Below the pieces are notes generated by a model that searched no databases, was not told the origin of the DNA, and worked only from the letters and a program-made list of their open reading frames with translations. A DNA stretch of 64,000 nt, taken from the NCBI GenBank assembly GCA_963692955.1, contig OY843587.1, positions 2,342,317 to 2,406,316 on the forward strand. The letters are read 5' to 3'. The stretch comes from Gammaproteobacteria bacterium. GTDB taxonomy: Bacteria; Pseudomonadota; Gammaproteobacteria; DSM-16500. Position numbers and translations under genes: made by a program. Below are positions 18,766 to 28,499 of the stretch, piece after piece. Numbering within the stretch: position 1 is the first letter of the stretch; each line of letters starts with the position of its first letter.

Positions 18766-19802
18766 AGTGTCACCGTTTTCGTACCTGAGACGACTTGGCC
18801 GATTTCATACAAAGTAAATTCTGGAAAAATTCTTAACGCCGCGCGCGCATTCTCGATCATGTCCGGCGCGACCACCATGACTAAACCGACGCCCATGTTG
18901 AAGGTGCGATACATTTCGCTATCATCTAAACGGCCTAAATCACGCAGCAGCGCGAATAAAGGTTGTTGTGGCCAGCTATTTTTACGAATTTCCACCGCGC
19001 AATCGATCGGTAACACGCGCGGAATATTTTCTAATAAACCGCCGCCGGTAATGTGCGCCATGCCTTTGATGGCGACGTTTTCTTGCAACATGTGCAACAC
19101 GGGGCGCGTGTAATTGATATGCGGCTCTAACAGCATTTCACCTAACAAACGCGGCAATTCCGGTAATTGCGAATCGATACGGTAATTACCGACTTCGAAC
19201 ACTAATTTGCGCGCCAAGGAATAACCGTTAGTGTGCAAACCGCTGGAAGCGAACGCCAGCACGACGTCGCCGGGCACGATATTTTTGCCGAGGATGGCTT
19301 TGTCTTTTTCGACGACGCCGGTGATAATGCCGACGAGATCGTGTTCACCTTTCAAATAGGTGCCGGGCATTTCCGCGGTTTCACCCCCGACCAGGGAAAT
19401 TCCATTTTCGCGGCAGGCTTTTACCATGCCGGCGACCAATTGCTCGACGATATTGGGATTTAATTTTTCGTTCGCGATGTAATCTAACAAGGTCAACGGC
19501 TTAGCGCCTAATACGATAATGTCGTTAGTAGTCGCACTCACTAAATCAATGCCTAACGTGTCGTAACGTCCCATCATGCGCGCGATAATCGTCTTCGTGC
19601 CGACGCCATCTATACTTTGCACCAACACGGGATGTTGGTAATTCGCGACTACCGTTTTCAAATCATAGAGCGACGCGAAGCTGCCAATGCCGGTCAGCAC
19701 AGCGGATGAAAAAGTGCTTTCGACATTTTTTTTGATGCGTTGCACGACTTCGTTGCCCGCGTGAATATCGACACCAGCGGATTTATAATCGACGGTTTTC
19801 AT
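18756..19802 (-). CDS. purM: phosphoribosylformylglycinamidine cyclo-ligase (AIR synthase)
   Basis: MKTVDYKSAGVDIHAGN N-terminus. The start ATG overlaps the purL stop (ATGA). Confidence 0.9.
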   Translation of the reverse strand: MKTVDYKSAGVDIHAGNEVVQRIKKNVESTFSSAVLTGIGSFASLYDLKTVVANYQHPVLVQSIDGVGTKTIIARMMGRYDTLGIDLVSATTNDIIVLGAKPLTLLDYIANEKLNPNIVEQLVAGMVKACRENGISLVGGETAEMPGTYLKGEHDLVGIITGVVEKDKAILGKNIVPGDVVLAFASSGLHTNGYSLARKLVFEVGNYRIDSQLPELPRLLGEMLLEPHINYTRPVLHMLQENVAIKGMAHITGGGLLENIPRVLPIDCAVEIRKNSWPQQPLFALLRDLGRLDDSEMYRTFNMGVGLVMVVAPDMIENARAALRIFPEFTLYEIGQVVSGTKTVTLCA

Positions 19803-22201
19803 AATAATTTCTCCCGCAAGCCATTTTCCCAAGCCAATTTCGCGTCCGAGATCATGACGTCTATGCAGTTTTGCATTTGTAAGCGCGCCAAGACCTGGGT
19901 GTGGCCTAATTCGAATAACGGTATTTCAAAACGGTTAAACACTTTTTTGACGGCGGAATATTTATCTTTCGCCACTTCTAAAATAAAACCGCCGCTCTCG
20001 CCAAATAATTTTTTCTCAGCGGGTAAGTCACCCGCGATCTCAACTTTGACGCCAAGGAATTTTTTGAAACTCATTTCCGCGAGCGCGCAAGCCACACCGC
20101 CGTCGGATATATCATGCGCGGATAGCACTAAGCCTTGTTGGATGGCGGCGCTGACGGCGCGAATTTCAGTAGCAATAGTTTTCAAATCCGGCATCGGCAC
20201 GTTTGCCCCTAATTGGCCGTGTAAATCATAATACACACTGCCGCCGCATTCATCTTTACGCGCGCCTACCAGCAGAATCAAAGAATCTTTTTGCTGAAAA
20301 TTTTTCGAAATGACTTTGCCAACGTCGGGCATGTTGCCTAAACAACTAATCATCGGGCTTGGCGGTATCGCGCCAGTCTTGGCTTCATTGTATAAGGAAA
20401 CATTACCGGAAATGATCGGCAAGGGATGGTCGGGAAACGCCGGCAAGCTTATCGCTTCACAGGCGGCGATGATACCGCGCACCGCTTCGGTGAAATCCCA
20501 CATTTGCTCGGGTTTTTCCGGGTTACCAAAGCAAAGACAATCAGTGATGGCCTGGGGTGTGGCGCCAACGGCCGCAACATTGCGGGCCGCTTCGACAACG
20601 GCGTTAACCGCGCCCCAGTACGCATCAATTTTATTATAGCGCGGACATTGATCTAAAGATAATGCTATGCCAGTGGCGCGAATTTCTGCCGGGTATTTTT
20701 CTTCGTTGAAGGGCTGCATGACGCCCGCGTCGGCTTCGCCCGCTTCTAACACGGTGCGGCCCTGCACTTGCTTGTCATACATTTCAAAAATCGGCGCGCG
20801 TGACGCAATATTCTCATGCGCTAATAATTTTAATAACGTCACGTTAAAATCAGCAGGCGCGGCCAAATCGGGTTCGGCATGCGTGTTAGCGCTGGGCGCG
20901 TACGGACGGTCATAGACTATGCCTTTCGTCACGTCACGCGCCATGGCATCGACGATATTTTCGCCGTAATGCGCGACGACGTACTTGCCGTCGGTGCGGA
21001 TTTTACCGATGACTTTGGCTTGCGCGCCGTCAGAAATTTCCGGTAACGCGAACGTTTCATTGTAATGCGCGATAATGAGCGGCGCTAAATCAGGCGGTAC
21101 GACCCACATAAAACGTTCTTGGGTTTCCGAACATAACACGACGGACGGAGGCAAATTCCGCATGCTCGTGAAGACATTTTCCAAATAAATTTCCGCGCCA
21201 TAGCCGCCGCTTTCCGCTAATTCCACACTCGCGCAAGCGATCCCGCCGGCGCCTAAATCTTTGCAGCCGACTTTATCGATGAGGTTTTTTTCTTTAAGAA
21301 TTTGAAATAACGCGTAATTAGCTTTTAACAAATGGCGTTTTAAAAAAGCATTGGGTTCTTGCACCGCGCCTTTGTTTTGTTCTTGCTGTTCTTCGACTAA
21401 TTCCGTGGACGAAAAGCTCGCGCCACCGAAACCGCTATTATCAGTAGGCTTGCCGACTAATATAAAAACGTAATCATCGGCGTGCTTAGGCGCATACGAG
21501 TGGATGACGTCTAATTCATTGACGATGCCTAGCGTGACGACCGTCACTAAACAATTGGCGTTATAACCCGGATCGAAATACACATCACCCGCCAGGTTAG
21601 GTACACCGATAGGATTACCATAACCGGCAATCCCCGCGACTACCCCTTGCTGTACCCATTGAGTTTTTTGCCGCGTAATTTCGCCGAAGCGCAAACCGTC
21701 GGCGACTGCGATCACTTCCGCGCCCATGCAGCAAACATCGCGGACATTGCCGCCAATGCCGGTGGCGGCACCTTCATAAGGCACGATTTGCGAAGGATGG
21801 TTATGGGATTCATGGCTCATGACGATACCGTAACGCACGCCGTTGTCATCGGTAGCGACCGACACAATGCCCGCGTCTTCTTTCGCGCCCAGAATGATGT
21901 TTGGACCATCGGTCGTCATTTTTTTTAAATGATGGCGGCTGCTCTTGTAGGAACAATGCTCAGAACCTTGGATAGACCAGAGCACACACTCCGCTAAAGT
22001 AGGCGGGCGCTTTAAAATCGAGTTTTGAAGGGTTAACACCTCGTCGACCGAGAGGACGAGATGGTATTTTTGCAAAATAGAAGCACTCTCTGTCCTTGAT
22101 AACTGATTGAAATCAAGAACATCTTTTTCTTGTGAGTGTAACATAGGGATCAATCCGCCGTGTGTGTCGCAACTGGATATAACGGGCGGACAAGATAGCA
22201 T
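19799..22201 (-). CDS. purL: FGAM synthase II, small PurL (synthetase subunit)
   Basis: WSIQGSEHCSYKSSRHHLKK matches the smPurL N-terminal motif. Two PurM-like repeats are present. About 800 aa, so this is not the 1300-aa large PurL. The true start may be the internal Met MLHSQEK. Confidence 0.85.
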   Translation of the reverse strand: MLSCPPVISSCDTHGGLIPMLHSQEKDVLDFNQLSRTESASILQKYHLVLSVDEVLTLQNSILKRPPTLAECVLWSIQGSEHCSYKSSRHHLKKMTTDGPNIILGAKEDAGIVSVATDDNGVRYGIVMSHESHNHPSQIVPYEGAATGIGGNVRDVCCMGAEVIAVADGLRFGEITRQKTQWVQQGVVAGIAGYGNPIGVPNLAGDVYFDPGYNANCLVTVVTLGIVNELDVIHSYAPKHADDYVFILVGKPTDNSGFGGASFSSTELVEEQQEQNKGAVQEPNAFLKRHLLKANYALFQILKEKNLIDKVGCKDLGAGGIACASVELAESGGYGAEIYLENVFTSMRNLPPSVVLCSETQERFMWVVPPDLAPLIIAHYNETFALPEISDGAQAKVIGKIRTDGKYVVAHYGENIVDAMARDVTKGIVYDRPYAPSANTHAEPDLAAPADFNVTLLKLLAHENIASRAPIFEMYDKQVQGRTVLEAGEADAGVMQPFNEEKYPAEIRATGIALSLDQCPRYNKIDAYWGAVNAVVEAARNVAAVGATPQAITDCLCFGNPEKPEQMWDFTEAVRGIIAACEAISLPAFPDHPLPIISGNVSLYNEAKTGAIPPSPMISCLGNMPDVGKVISKNFQQKDSLILLVGARKDECGGSVYYDLHGQLGANVPMPDLKTIATEIRAVSAAIQQGLVLSAHDISDGGVACALAEMSFKKFLGVKVEIAGDLPAEKKLFGESGGFILEVAKDKYSAVKKVFNRFEIPLFELGHTQVLARLQMQNCIDVMISDAKLAWENGLREKLL

Positions 22202-22395
22202 ATTAAGCTTATTTCGGCAATTTTATCCGGCGCGAAAATCATGAAAATCAAGTCAATGCAGCTGGCTACATATAAATGTGAGCCAAGCGCCCATGCTAAT
22301 AAAACCTTAAGGTTTAAATCATAGAATCCGACTATCTTGTTCGGAACAGGGTAAGTGAATTTTTTATTTTGCATATTCAACATATAGGAAAAATT

Positions 22396-24525
22396 ATGAT
22401 TTTAGTATACGAAATTTTGACTAATGAGGAGTTTTCAGGCAACACTGCCTCTGCCGCATTATATGATAATTTAAAAAATAGTGACTCGCTGTACAAAAGA
22501 ACAGACCGTATCGGTTTAGGCAAACACTTTCAGAAAGGCAAACATCGGTCGCCACTCGTCACAGCAGCGTTTGAAATTAAAGACGAGGATAATGGTAAGG
22601 GGACAGTAAGGGTCAAAGCCGTGACTGATTTAGAAACTTTAGCCAAGACTTTTAAGGGCGGAGATGATACTAAGCGCATCAATGCAAATGAAAAAAAACA
22701 TGCCATTTGTCTGGCGTTAATTATCGTTAATAACGACACCACTCAAGCTGTATATGAACAAGCGATAAAAGATTTAATCGCTTTATATAGCCAACCGAAC
22801 TTTCAAAAAGAAAATCAACGCGACGACATTCTTAGAGATTTAAAAACCCGCTCAAACGACATGACGCGCACCACAACCGCTCCCGCCGCGGAAACGCAAA
22901 CGCATATTACCATACCCAAACCACCTTCTTCTTTATCAGATTCTAATAATGAATCTCCTCATAGCAGTACACAAGAAGATGATTCTGACCAAGAGAGAGT
23001 CCGGCGAGGTAGTGTTTATAATATTCATTTTATGGGCGCTGAAGATACCAAACCGGATGCGGAGGAGGAGAAGCCAACAGTAGAATCTTTGGCAATTCCA
23101 GTCGGTTCTCCCACTAGCGTTACCCGACCATTAGTCAGCGAGGCAACCCAGGCGACGCATATTTCCTCTTTGTTAACGGACACATCGCCTAGCAATAGCA
23201 GTGCAGCGTCTATGCCTAACTCACCTATTATTGCAGCTCACAGCTCAGCGTCTAGCTCAGCTCCAAGTTTAGTTGCGAGTACAGTTCCTAGCTCAGCGTT
23301 AGCTAAATCTTCGCCCGCTAGCCCAACGCCAATACCGAAACCTAGTTCAGCGAAGAGCCTATCACCAAGCGCTGCTTCGGTGAGAACAACTCCAAGTGTG
23401 GCTTCTACTTCTTTTAGTTCGGCTGCTATCTTAGCTGCTATGACATCTAGCCCGGGACAGTCAAGTCCTGCTCTCATCACTACTCTCCCAAGTCCTGCAC
23501 TCAGTTCAGCATCTGGCACGACTTCGAATTTAGCTTCTACTTCATCGCCTAGTTCTGAGAGCGCTACGCCATTGGCTCCCGCATCACCGCCTAGCCCAGT
23601 TCCAACACCGATTAGTTCAGGCCGCACCTTAACTCCAAGTCCTGCAACTGACTCAACGTCAAGCTCCCCCCCCATTACTGTTATACGCCCAACTGCCGGA
23701 CAGAAATTAACGTTAAGCTCCTTGTCTAGCAGTTCAGTGGCGCCAATAGGCAGCGTCACATCCTCAACGACAACATTGCCAGCAGCGTCTAGCTTATCTT
23801 CTAGTCCTGCGACTAATGTAGGGTCAAACACTACTGCGTCGAGCACCGCCCCAACTTCTGCTACTCCCACTAGCTTGCTATCGAGCATGATCTCAACCCC
23901 AACGTCCGCGACCACATCAACCAACGCCGGTTCGGTTTCCAATACCACTGCCGCCGGTGGTCAACGTAAACGTAAAAAGAAAACTACAGGAAGCAATCGT
24001 ATGCCTTCACAATCAACCCAATTCGATGTTAAAGCCATTATAGCCTCCGCCGATATAAAAGATTTCCTCGATAAAATACCCGAAAAAGTCGCTGACAATT
24101 TAAAAACGACGAAAGCCGCGCAAGAAAGATATTTTTCCGCCAAGATTAAGCAGTTTAATGAAACACAATTACTCGCGATCAACACGCATTTGGATCAAGT
24201 TCAACACGGTAAAGAAATCGATGCGAGATTTGATGTTATCCGCAAAGAGCGTCGCTTCTTCGGTCATGGTAATACCGCGACTTGGCAGCATATACGTCAC
24301 AAAGTGAAAGAACAATTGCTGGCACTCGCGGAACTGAGACACGGCGTAACGCAAAAAGGCGAAATTAAAACTATTCCCGCGTCGGAATTTAAAGTGGATT
24401 ATGAAATATACAACCAACATACGGGACACTTTTGGTCGCATATCGGCAAAACAAATTCCGCAAAATTATATGAGAAAATGTATAAGCCAGACCCGGCCAT
24501 GCGACCAAAACGGCACAAATCTTAA
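22396..24525 (+). CDS. hypothetical protein with a roughly 330-aa mucin-like Ser/Thr/Pro/Ala-rich low-complexity core and a basic KRKKK cluster
   Basis: AGGAAA RBS 3 nt before ATG 22396 (the ORF-track start 22369 lacks an RBS). Folded N-terminal region of about 180 aa, a long S/T/P/A tract, and a C-terminal region of about 190 aa. AT-rich divergent promoter region shared with purL. Confidence 0.65.
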   Translation: MILVYEILTNEEFSGNTASAALYDNLKNSDSLYKRTDRIGLGKHFQKGKHRSPLVTAAFEIKDEDNGKGTVRVKAVTDLETLAKTFKGGDDTKRINANEKKHAICLALIIVNNDTTQAVYEQAIKDLIALYSQPNFQKENQRDDILRDLKTRSNDMTRTTTAPAAETQTHITIPKPPSSLSDSNNESPHSSTQEDDSDQERVRRGSVYNIHFMGAEDTKPDAEEEKPTVESLAIPVGSPTSVTRPLVSEATQATHISSLLTDTSPSNSSAASMPNSPIIAAHSSASSSAPSLVASTVPSSALAKSSPASPTPIPKPSSAKSLSPSAASVRTTPSVASTSFSSAAILAAMTSSPGQSSPALITTLPSPALSSASGTTSNLASTSSPSSESATPLAPASPPSPVPTPISSGRTLTPSPATDSTSSSPPITVIRPTAGQKLTLSSLSSSSVAPIGSVTSSTTTLPAASSLSSSPATNVGSNTTASSTAPTSATPTSLLSSMISTPTSATTSTNAGSVSNTTAAGGQRKRKKKTTGSNRMPSQSTQFDVKAIIASADIKDFLDKIPEKVADNLKTTKAAQERYFSAKIKQFNETQLLAINTHLDQVQHGKEIDARFDVIRKERRFFGHGNTATWQHIRHKVKEQLLALAELRHGVTQKGEIKTIPASEFKVDYEIYNQHTGHFWSHIGKTNSAKLYEKMYKPDPAMRPKRHKS

Positions 24526-24697
24526 GCCACCTAGCCGTCTTCTGAAACGCGCGACGCGCGCTAAAAGCGCCGTGGAAAACCCCGCAGACAGCGCGTTTCA
24601 AGAGGCGGTATTCTTTTTTAGCGGTGCAGTTATAAATACTAGACATTGCCGCATAACCATACCATAATCTGACGTTTTTCTTATTGTAGAAAAAGGG

Positions 24698-25810
24698 TTG
24701 CCATTAAGAGAAATGACAAACAATATTATCGAATTGCGTGGCGTTTCCAAGTCTATTAATGACTATAGTATTCTGCATGACTTGGATCTAGAAGTTCGCA
24801 ACGGCGAATTTCTCACGTTACTGGGTCCCTCCGGCTGCGGCAAAACAACTTTACTACGGCTGATTTCCGGGTTCGAAGATCCGACTACCGGCCAAATTTT
24901 TATAAATGGCAAGGATGTTGATGGATTACCTCCCCATTTACGCCATGTACACACGGTATTTCAGAGTTACGCTTTATTTCCGCACATGACGGTGTATGAC
25001 AATGTGGCGTTCGGTCTTTGCTGTCAAAAACTTCCGAAAGAGGAAATCAAAGCGCGCGTCGCGGAAGTGTTAAAAACCGTGAAACTCGAAAAATACGCCA
25101 ACCGCAAACCCGATCAATTAAGCGGCGGCCAACAACAGCGCGTAGCGATCGCCCGCGCCGTGGTGAACCGGCCGTTAGTGCTGTTACTCGATGAACCGTT
25201 AAGCTCGCTCGATTACCGCCTGCGTAAAACGATGCAAATTGAGTTGAAGCAATTACAGCGTAAGTTAGGCATCACTTTTATTTTCGTCACCCACGATCAA
25301 GAAGAAGCGCTGTCTATGTCCGACCGCGTCGTCGTCATGCACGAAGGCAGCATCGAACAAGTCGGCACGCCGCGCCAAGTGTATGAAGCGCCGCAAAATC
25401 TCGCGGTAGCGGAGTTTATCGGCGAAGCGAATATTTTTGATAGCGAAATTTTAGCGATTGACGGCAAACAGTTGACCGTCAAAATCCAAGGCAAAGAACG
25501 TATGATTAAAAGTTCGCGTGAATTTACCGTGGGCCAAAAAGTCCATGTGTTAGTGCGTCCCGAAGATTTACGCGTCTGGGGCACAAGCGAAGTACAAGAT
25601 TCCACGCCTATGTACGCAGGCGTCGTGGAAGAAGTGATTTACAAAGGCACGACCGTGGATTTGATGGTGCGCTTGGCTAACAACCAATTAGTCGCCGCCA
25701 CGGAATTTTTTGATGAAGATGATGACCGGTTAGAATACGCGATCGGCGAACAAGTCTGGGCCACATGGATTTCCGGTTGGGAGGTAGTGCTGCCGTATGA
25801 AACATCATGA
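24698..25810 (+). CDS. potA: spermidine/putrescine ABC transporter ATP-binding protein
   Basis: Walker A GPSGCGKTT, signature LSGGQQQRVAIARA, Walker B LLLDEP, C-terminal TOBE domain. Confidence 0.9.
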   Translation: MPLREMTNNIIELRGVSKSINDYSILHDLDLEVRNGEFLTLLGPSGCGKTTLLRLISGFEDPTTGQIFINGKDVDGLPPHLRHVHTVFQSYALFPHMTVYDNVAFGLCCQKLPKEEIKARVAEVLKTVKLEKYANRKPDQLSGGQQQRVAIARAVVNRPLVLLLDEPLSSLDYRLRKTMQIELKQLQRKLGITFIFVTHDQEEALSMSDRVVVMHEGSIEQVGTPRQVYEAPQNLAVAEFIGEANIFDSEILAIDGKQLTVKIQGKERMIKSSREFTVGQKVHVLVRPEDLRVWGTSEVQDSTPMYAGVVEEVIYKGTTVDLMVRLANNQLVAATEFFDEDDDRLEYAIGEQVWATWISGWEVVLPYETS

Positions 25811-26654
25811 CTCCAGCTTAAAATATTTCTCGCTAGGAATTACTTGGCTGTGGTTAATGATTTTCGCGCTACTGCCGTTCTGCCTCGTCACGTTAGCGAG
25901 TTTCGCCAGCCACGATAATACGCATCTGTTAACGTGGCCGTTCACGCTGGAAAATTATTTGCAGTTGAATAATTCGATTTATGTCAAAATTTTCAAACAA
26001 TCGTTTTACATCGCCGGCACTTGCACGTTGATTTGTTTGCTGGTGGGTTATCCATTCGCTTATATCATTGCGCGCATGCAATCGCGTTATAAAGGTTTAC
26101 TGACCTTGCTGGTTATCATCCCGTTTTGGACGAGTTCATTAATCCGCACCTATTCCATGATTACGATGTTAAAACCGAAAGGCGTGATTAGCTCTATTTT
26201 AATTTCGCTAGGCATTATCAACAAACCGCTGGCGTTATTGTTCACCGACACCTCCGTGATGATAGGCTTAGTTTACAATTTGCTGCCCTTCATGATTTTA
26301 CCGTTGCTGACTAACATTGAACGTTTAGATAAAAAATTAATTGACGCCGCGCGCGACTTGGGCGCGAACCGCTTCACGACGTTTCGCCGCGTGATTTTGC
26401 CGCTGACCATGCCAGGGATTTTATCAGGGTGCATTTTAGTTTTTTTACCGGCGATGACGATATTTTATATTCCGGATTTATTAGGCGGGTCGAAATCGAT
26501 TTTACTCGGTAATTTGATTCAAAATCAATTTTTAATCGCGCAAAACTGGCCGCTAGGCTCGGCGATCAGCGTCGTCTTCACCTTGCTGCTAGCGGTATTG
26601 TTATTTATTTATTGGCGCAGCATGGCCAACAAAGACAGCCAGGATTTATTATGA
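25797..26654 (+). CDS. potB: spermidine/putrescine ABC transporter permease
   Basis: Six TM segments. EAA-like loop IDAARDLGANRFTTFRRVILP. Confidence 0.85.
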   Translation: MKHHDSSLKYFSLGITWLWLMIFALLPFCLVTLASFASHDNTHLLTWPFTLENYLQLNNSIYVKIFKQSFYIAGTCTLICLLVGYPFAYIIARMQSRYKGLLTLLVIIPFWTSSLIRTYSMITMLKPKGVISSILISLGIINKPLALLFTDTSVMIGLVYNLLPFMILPLLTNIERLDKKLIDAARDLGANRFTTFRRVILPLTMPGILSGCILVFLPAMTIFYIPDLLGGSKSILLGNLIQNQFLIAQNWPLGSAISVVFTLLLAVLLFIYWRSMANKDSQDLL

Positions 26655-27415
26655 AATTACCTTCGGCTGCGTATCTCACGGCGATTTATTTATTTTTTTA
26701 CATTCCCATTTTGGTGTTGATCGGCTATTCGTTTAACAATGCGCAATACTCGTTAGTGTGGCATGGTTTTTCGTCGCGCTGGTACACGGAGTTATTTTCC
26801 GATTCGGATTTATGGATCGCGGTCATGCACTCATTGATTTTGGGCGTGTCGGCGGCGTTCATCGCCATGGTGATCGGCGGCTTGACCGCGATCAGTTTAT
26901 TCCGCTATCAATTTTTTGGTAGGCGTTTGCTGTATGGCACGATTTTCATTTTAATTTTGTCACCCGATATCGTCATGGGAATTTCTTTGTTGATTTTATT
27001 CAGTTTGATGAAATTGACCTTGGGGTTTTGGAGTTTATTGCTGGCGCATATAACGTTTTGTATTCCGTTTGTGGTCGTCACGGTGTACAGCCGCATCGTG
27101 AGTTTTGATCAATATATTTTTGAAGCGGCGAAGGATTTAGGCGCGAAAGACTCTGTTATTTTGACGCGGATTATTTTACCCTTGTTATGGCCCGCGCTAT
27201 TCGCTGGCTGGCTATTAAGTTTTACCCTGTCTATCGACGATGTCATCATCAGTTATTTCGTGGCTGGGCCCGATTTTGAAATTTTACCTTTAAAAATTTA
27301 CTCCATGGTGCGCCTGGGAGTAAAACCTGAAATCAACGCTTTGTGTACTGTGACCTTCGGTCTGACCTTATTACTGATCGTAATATCGCAGCTGTCATTG
27401 AGGAAGAAGGCATGA
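26612..27415 (+). CDS. potC: spermidine/putrescine ABC transporter permease
   Basis: TM protein with EAA loop FEAAKDLGAKDSVILTRIILP. The real start is probably MKLPSAAYL near 26652, overlapping the potB stop. Confidence 0.85.
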   Translation: MAQHGQQRQPGFIMKLPSAAYLTAIYLFFYIPILVLIGYSFNNAQYSLVWHGFSSRWYTELFSDSDLWIAVMHSLILGVSAAFIAMVIGGLTAISLFRYQFFGRRLLYGTIFILILSPDIVMGISLLILFSLMKLTLGFWSLLLAHITFCIPFVVVTVYSRIVSFDQYIFEAAKDLGAKDSVILTRIILPLLWPALFAGWLLSFTLSIDDVIISYFVAGPDFEILPLKIYSMVRLGVKPEINALCTVTFGLTLLLIVISQLSLRKKA

Positions 27416-28452
27416 AGAGAGTTTTTGCGATAGCGGCTAGCGTAATTTGTCTGTTGGCGACGGCTGGCTTTGCCGCGAACGATAATATTCTTAACCTCTA
27501 TACATGGCCGGGCGTCATTCCGGATTTTGCGATTCAGCAATTCGAAAAAGAAACCGGCATCAAAGTGAATTTTTCCACGTATGACAGCAATGAAATCATG
27601 TACGCGAAATTGAAAGCCGATAAGAATTCGGCTTATGACGTGATCGAGCCGTCCAGTTATTACGTCGACCGTATGCGCCGCCAAGCTATGTTAGAGACAC
27701 TCGACCGTGCCAAATTATCGAATTTTCATAACTTAAATCCGGATTTTTTAAATCAAAGTTACGATCCTAAATCGGATTTCGCGATCCCGTTTATTTGGGG
27801 CGTGACCGGGATTTTTGTCAATAAAGAATATCATACGCCGGCGAACCTGCAGCGCTGGTCGGATTTGTGGGAGTCGCAATACGCCGATCAAATTATGCTG
27901 CTGGACGATTCACGTGAAGTGTTTTCGATGGCGATGCGGGTGTTGGGTTATTCCGTCAACGACAGTAATCCAGAACACATTAAAGAAGCGTACCTCAAGT
28001 TAAAGGCCTTACTGCCGAATATCAAAATTTTTAATAGCGCGCCGATTTCTTTTTTAATCGACGAAGACGCGACGGTCGGCATGGTGTGGAACGGCGATAT
28101 TCATAAAGCCCGCCAAGAAAATTCGCAATTAGATTTTATTTTCCCGAAAGACGGTTTCGTCATTTGGGTCGATAATTTCGCAATTCCCAAAGGTGCGCCG
28201 CACCGCGAAAACGCCTATAAATTTTTAAACTTCATGCTGCGCGCGGATGTCGCCAAAGCGGTGGTGTTAGATAATAATTTTCCGTCAGCCAATGCGGCCG
28301 CGCAAAAGCTGTTACCGCCTGAGGTCCGCAATAATCCGACGGTTTATCCGTCGCATGACGTGTTGAAACACGGCGAATTTCAAACGGATATCGCCGACGA
28401 AGCGTTGGCGTTATATGAGAAATATTGGGAACGGCTAAAAATGGGAGGATAG
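27412..28452 (+). CDS. potD: periplasmic polyamine-binding protein, copy 1
   Basis: Signal peptide MKRVFAIAASVICLLATAGFA. PotD/PotF family throughout (IKVNFSTYDSNEIMYAKL...SYYVDRM...WNGD). Confidence 0.85.
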   Translation: MKRVFAIAASVICLLATAGFAANDNILNLYTWPGVIPDFAIQQFEKETGIKVNFSTYDSNEIMYAKLKADKNSAYDVIEPSSYYVDRMRRQAMLETLDRAKLSNFHNLNPDFLNQSYDPKSDFAIPFIWGVTGIFVNKEYHTPANLQRWSDLWESQYADQIMLLDDSREVFSMAMRVLGYSVNDSNPEHIKEAYLKLKALLPNIKIFNSAPISFLIDEDATVGMVWNGDIHKARQENSQLDFIFPKDGFVIWVDNFAIPKGAPHRENAYKFLNFMLRADVAKAVVLDNNFPSANAAAQKLLPPEVRNNPTVYPSHDVLKHGEFQTDIADEALALYEKYWERLKMGG

Positions 28453-28499
28453 TGTATTCCGTGTCAAAAGCAAAGCGCCCAGCAATTAAGGAGAATGGC

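Noticed and set aside
22150-22383. 77-aa minus ORF overlapping the purL start region
   Set aside because: It lies in the divergent promoter region and overlaps the purL N-terminus out of frame. No RBS.
23238-23948. 236-aa minus-strand ORF inside the S/T/P-rich gene (also 22530-22742, 23961-24646 small ORFs)
   Set aside because: Antisense reading of a low-complexity GC-biased tract gives long stop-free frames by chance. No RBS, and it is fully nested in a better-supported plus-strand gene.
24545-24620. Terminator after the S/T-rich gene
   Set aside because: GAAACGCGC...GCGCGTTTC would enclose a 37-nt loop and the T-run is 12 nt away. Too irregular to call.
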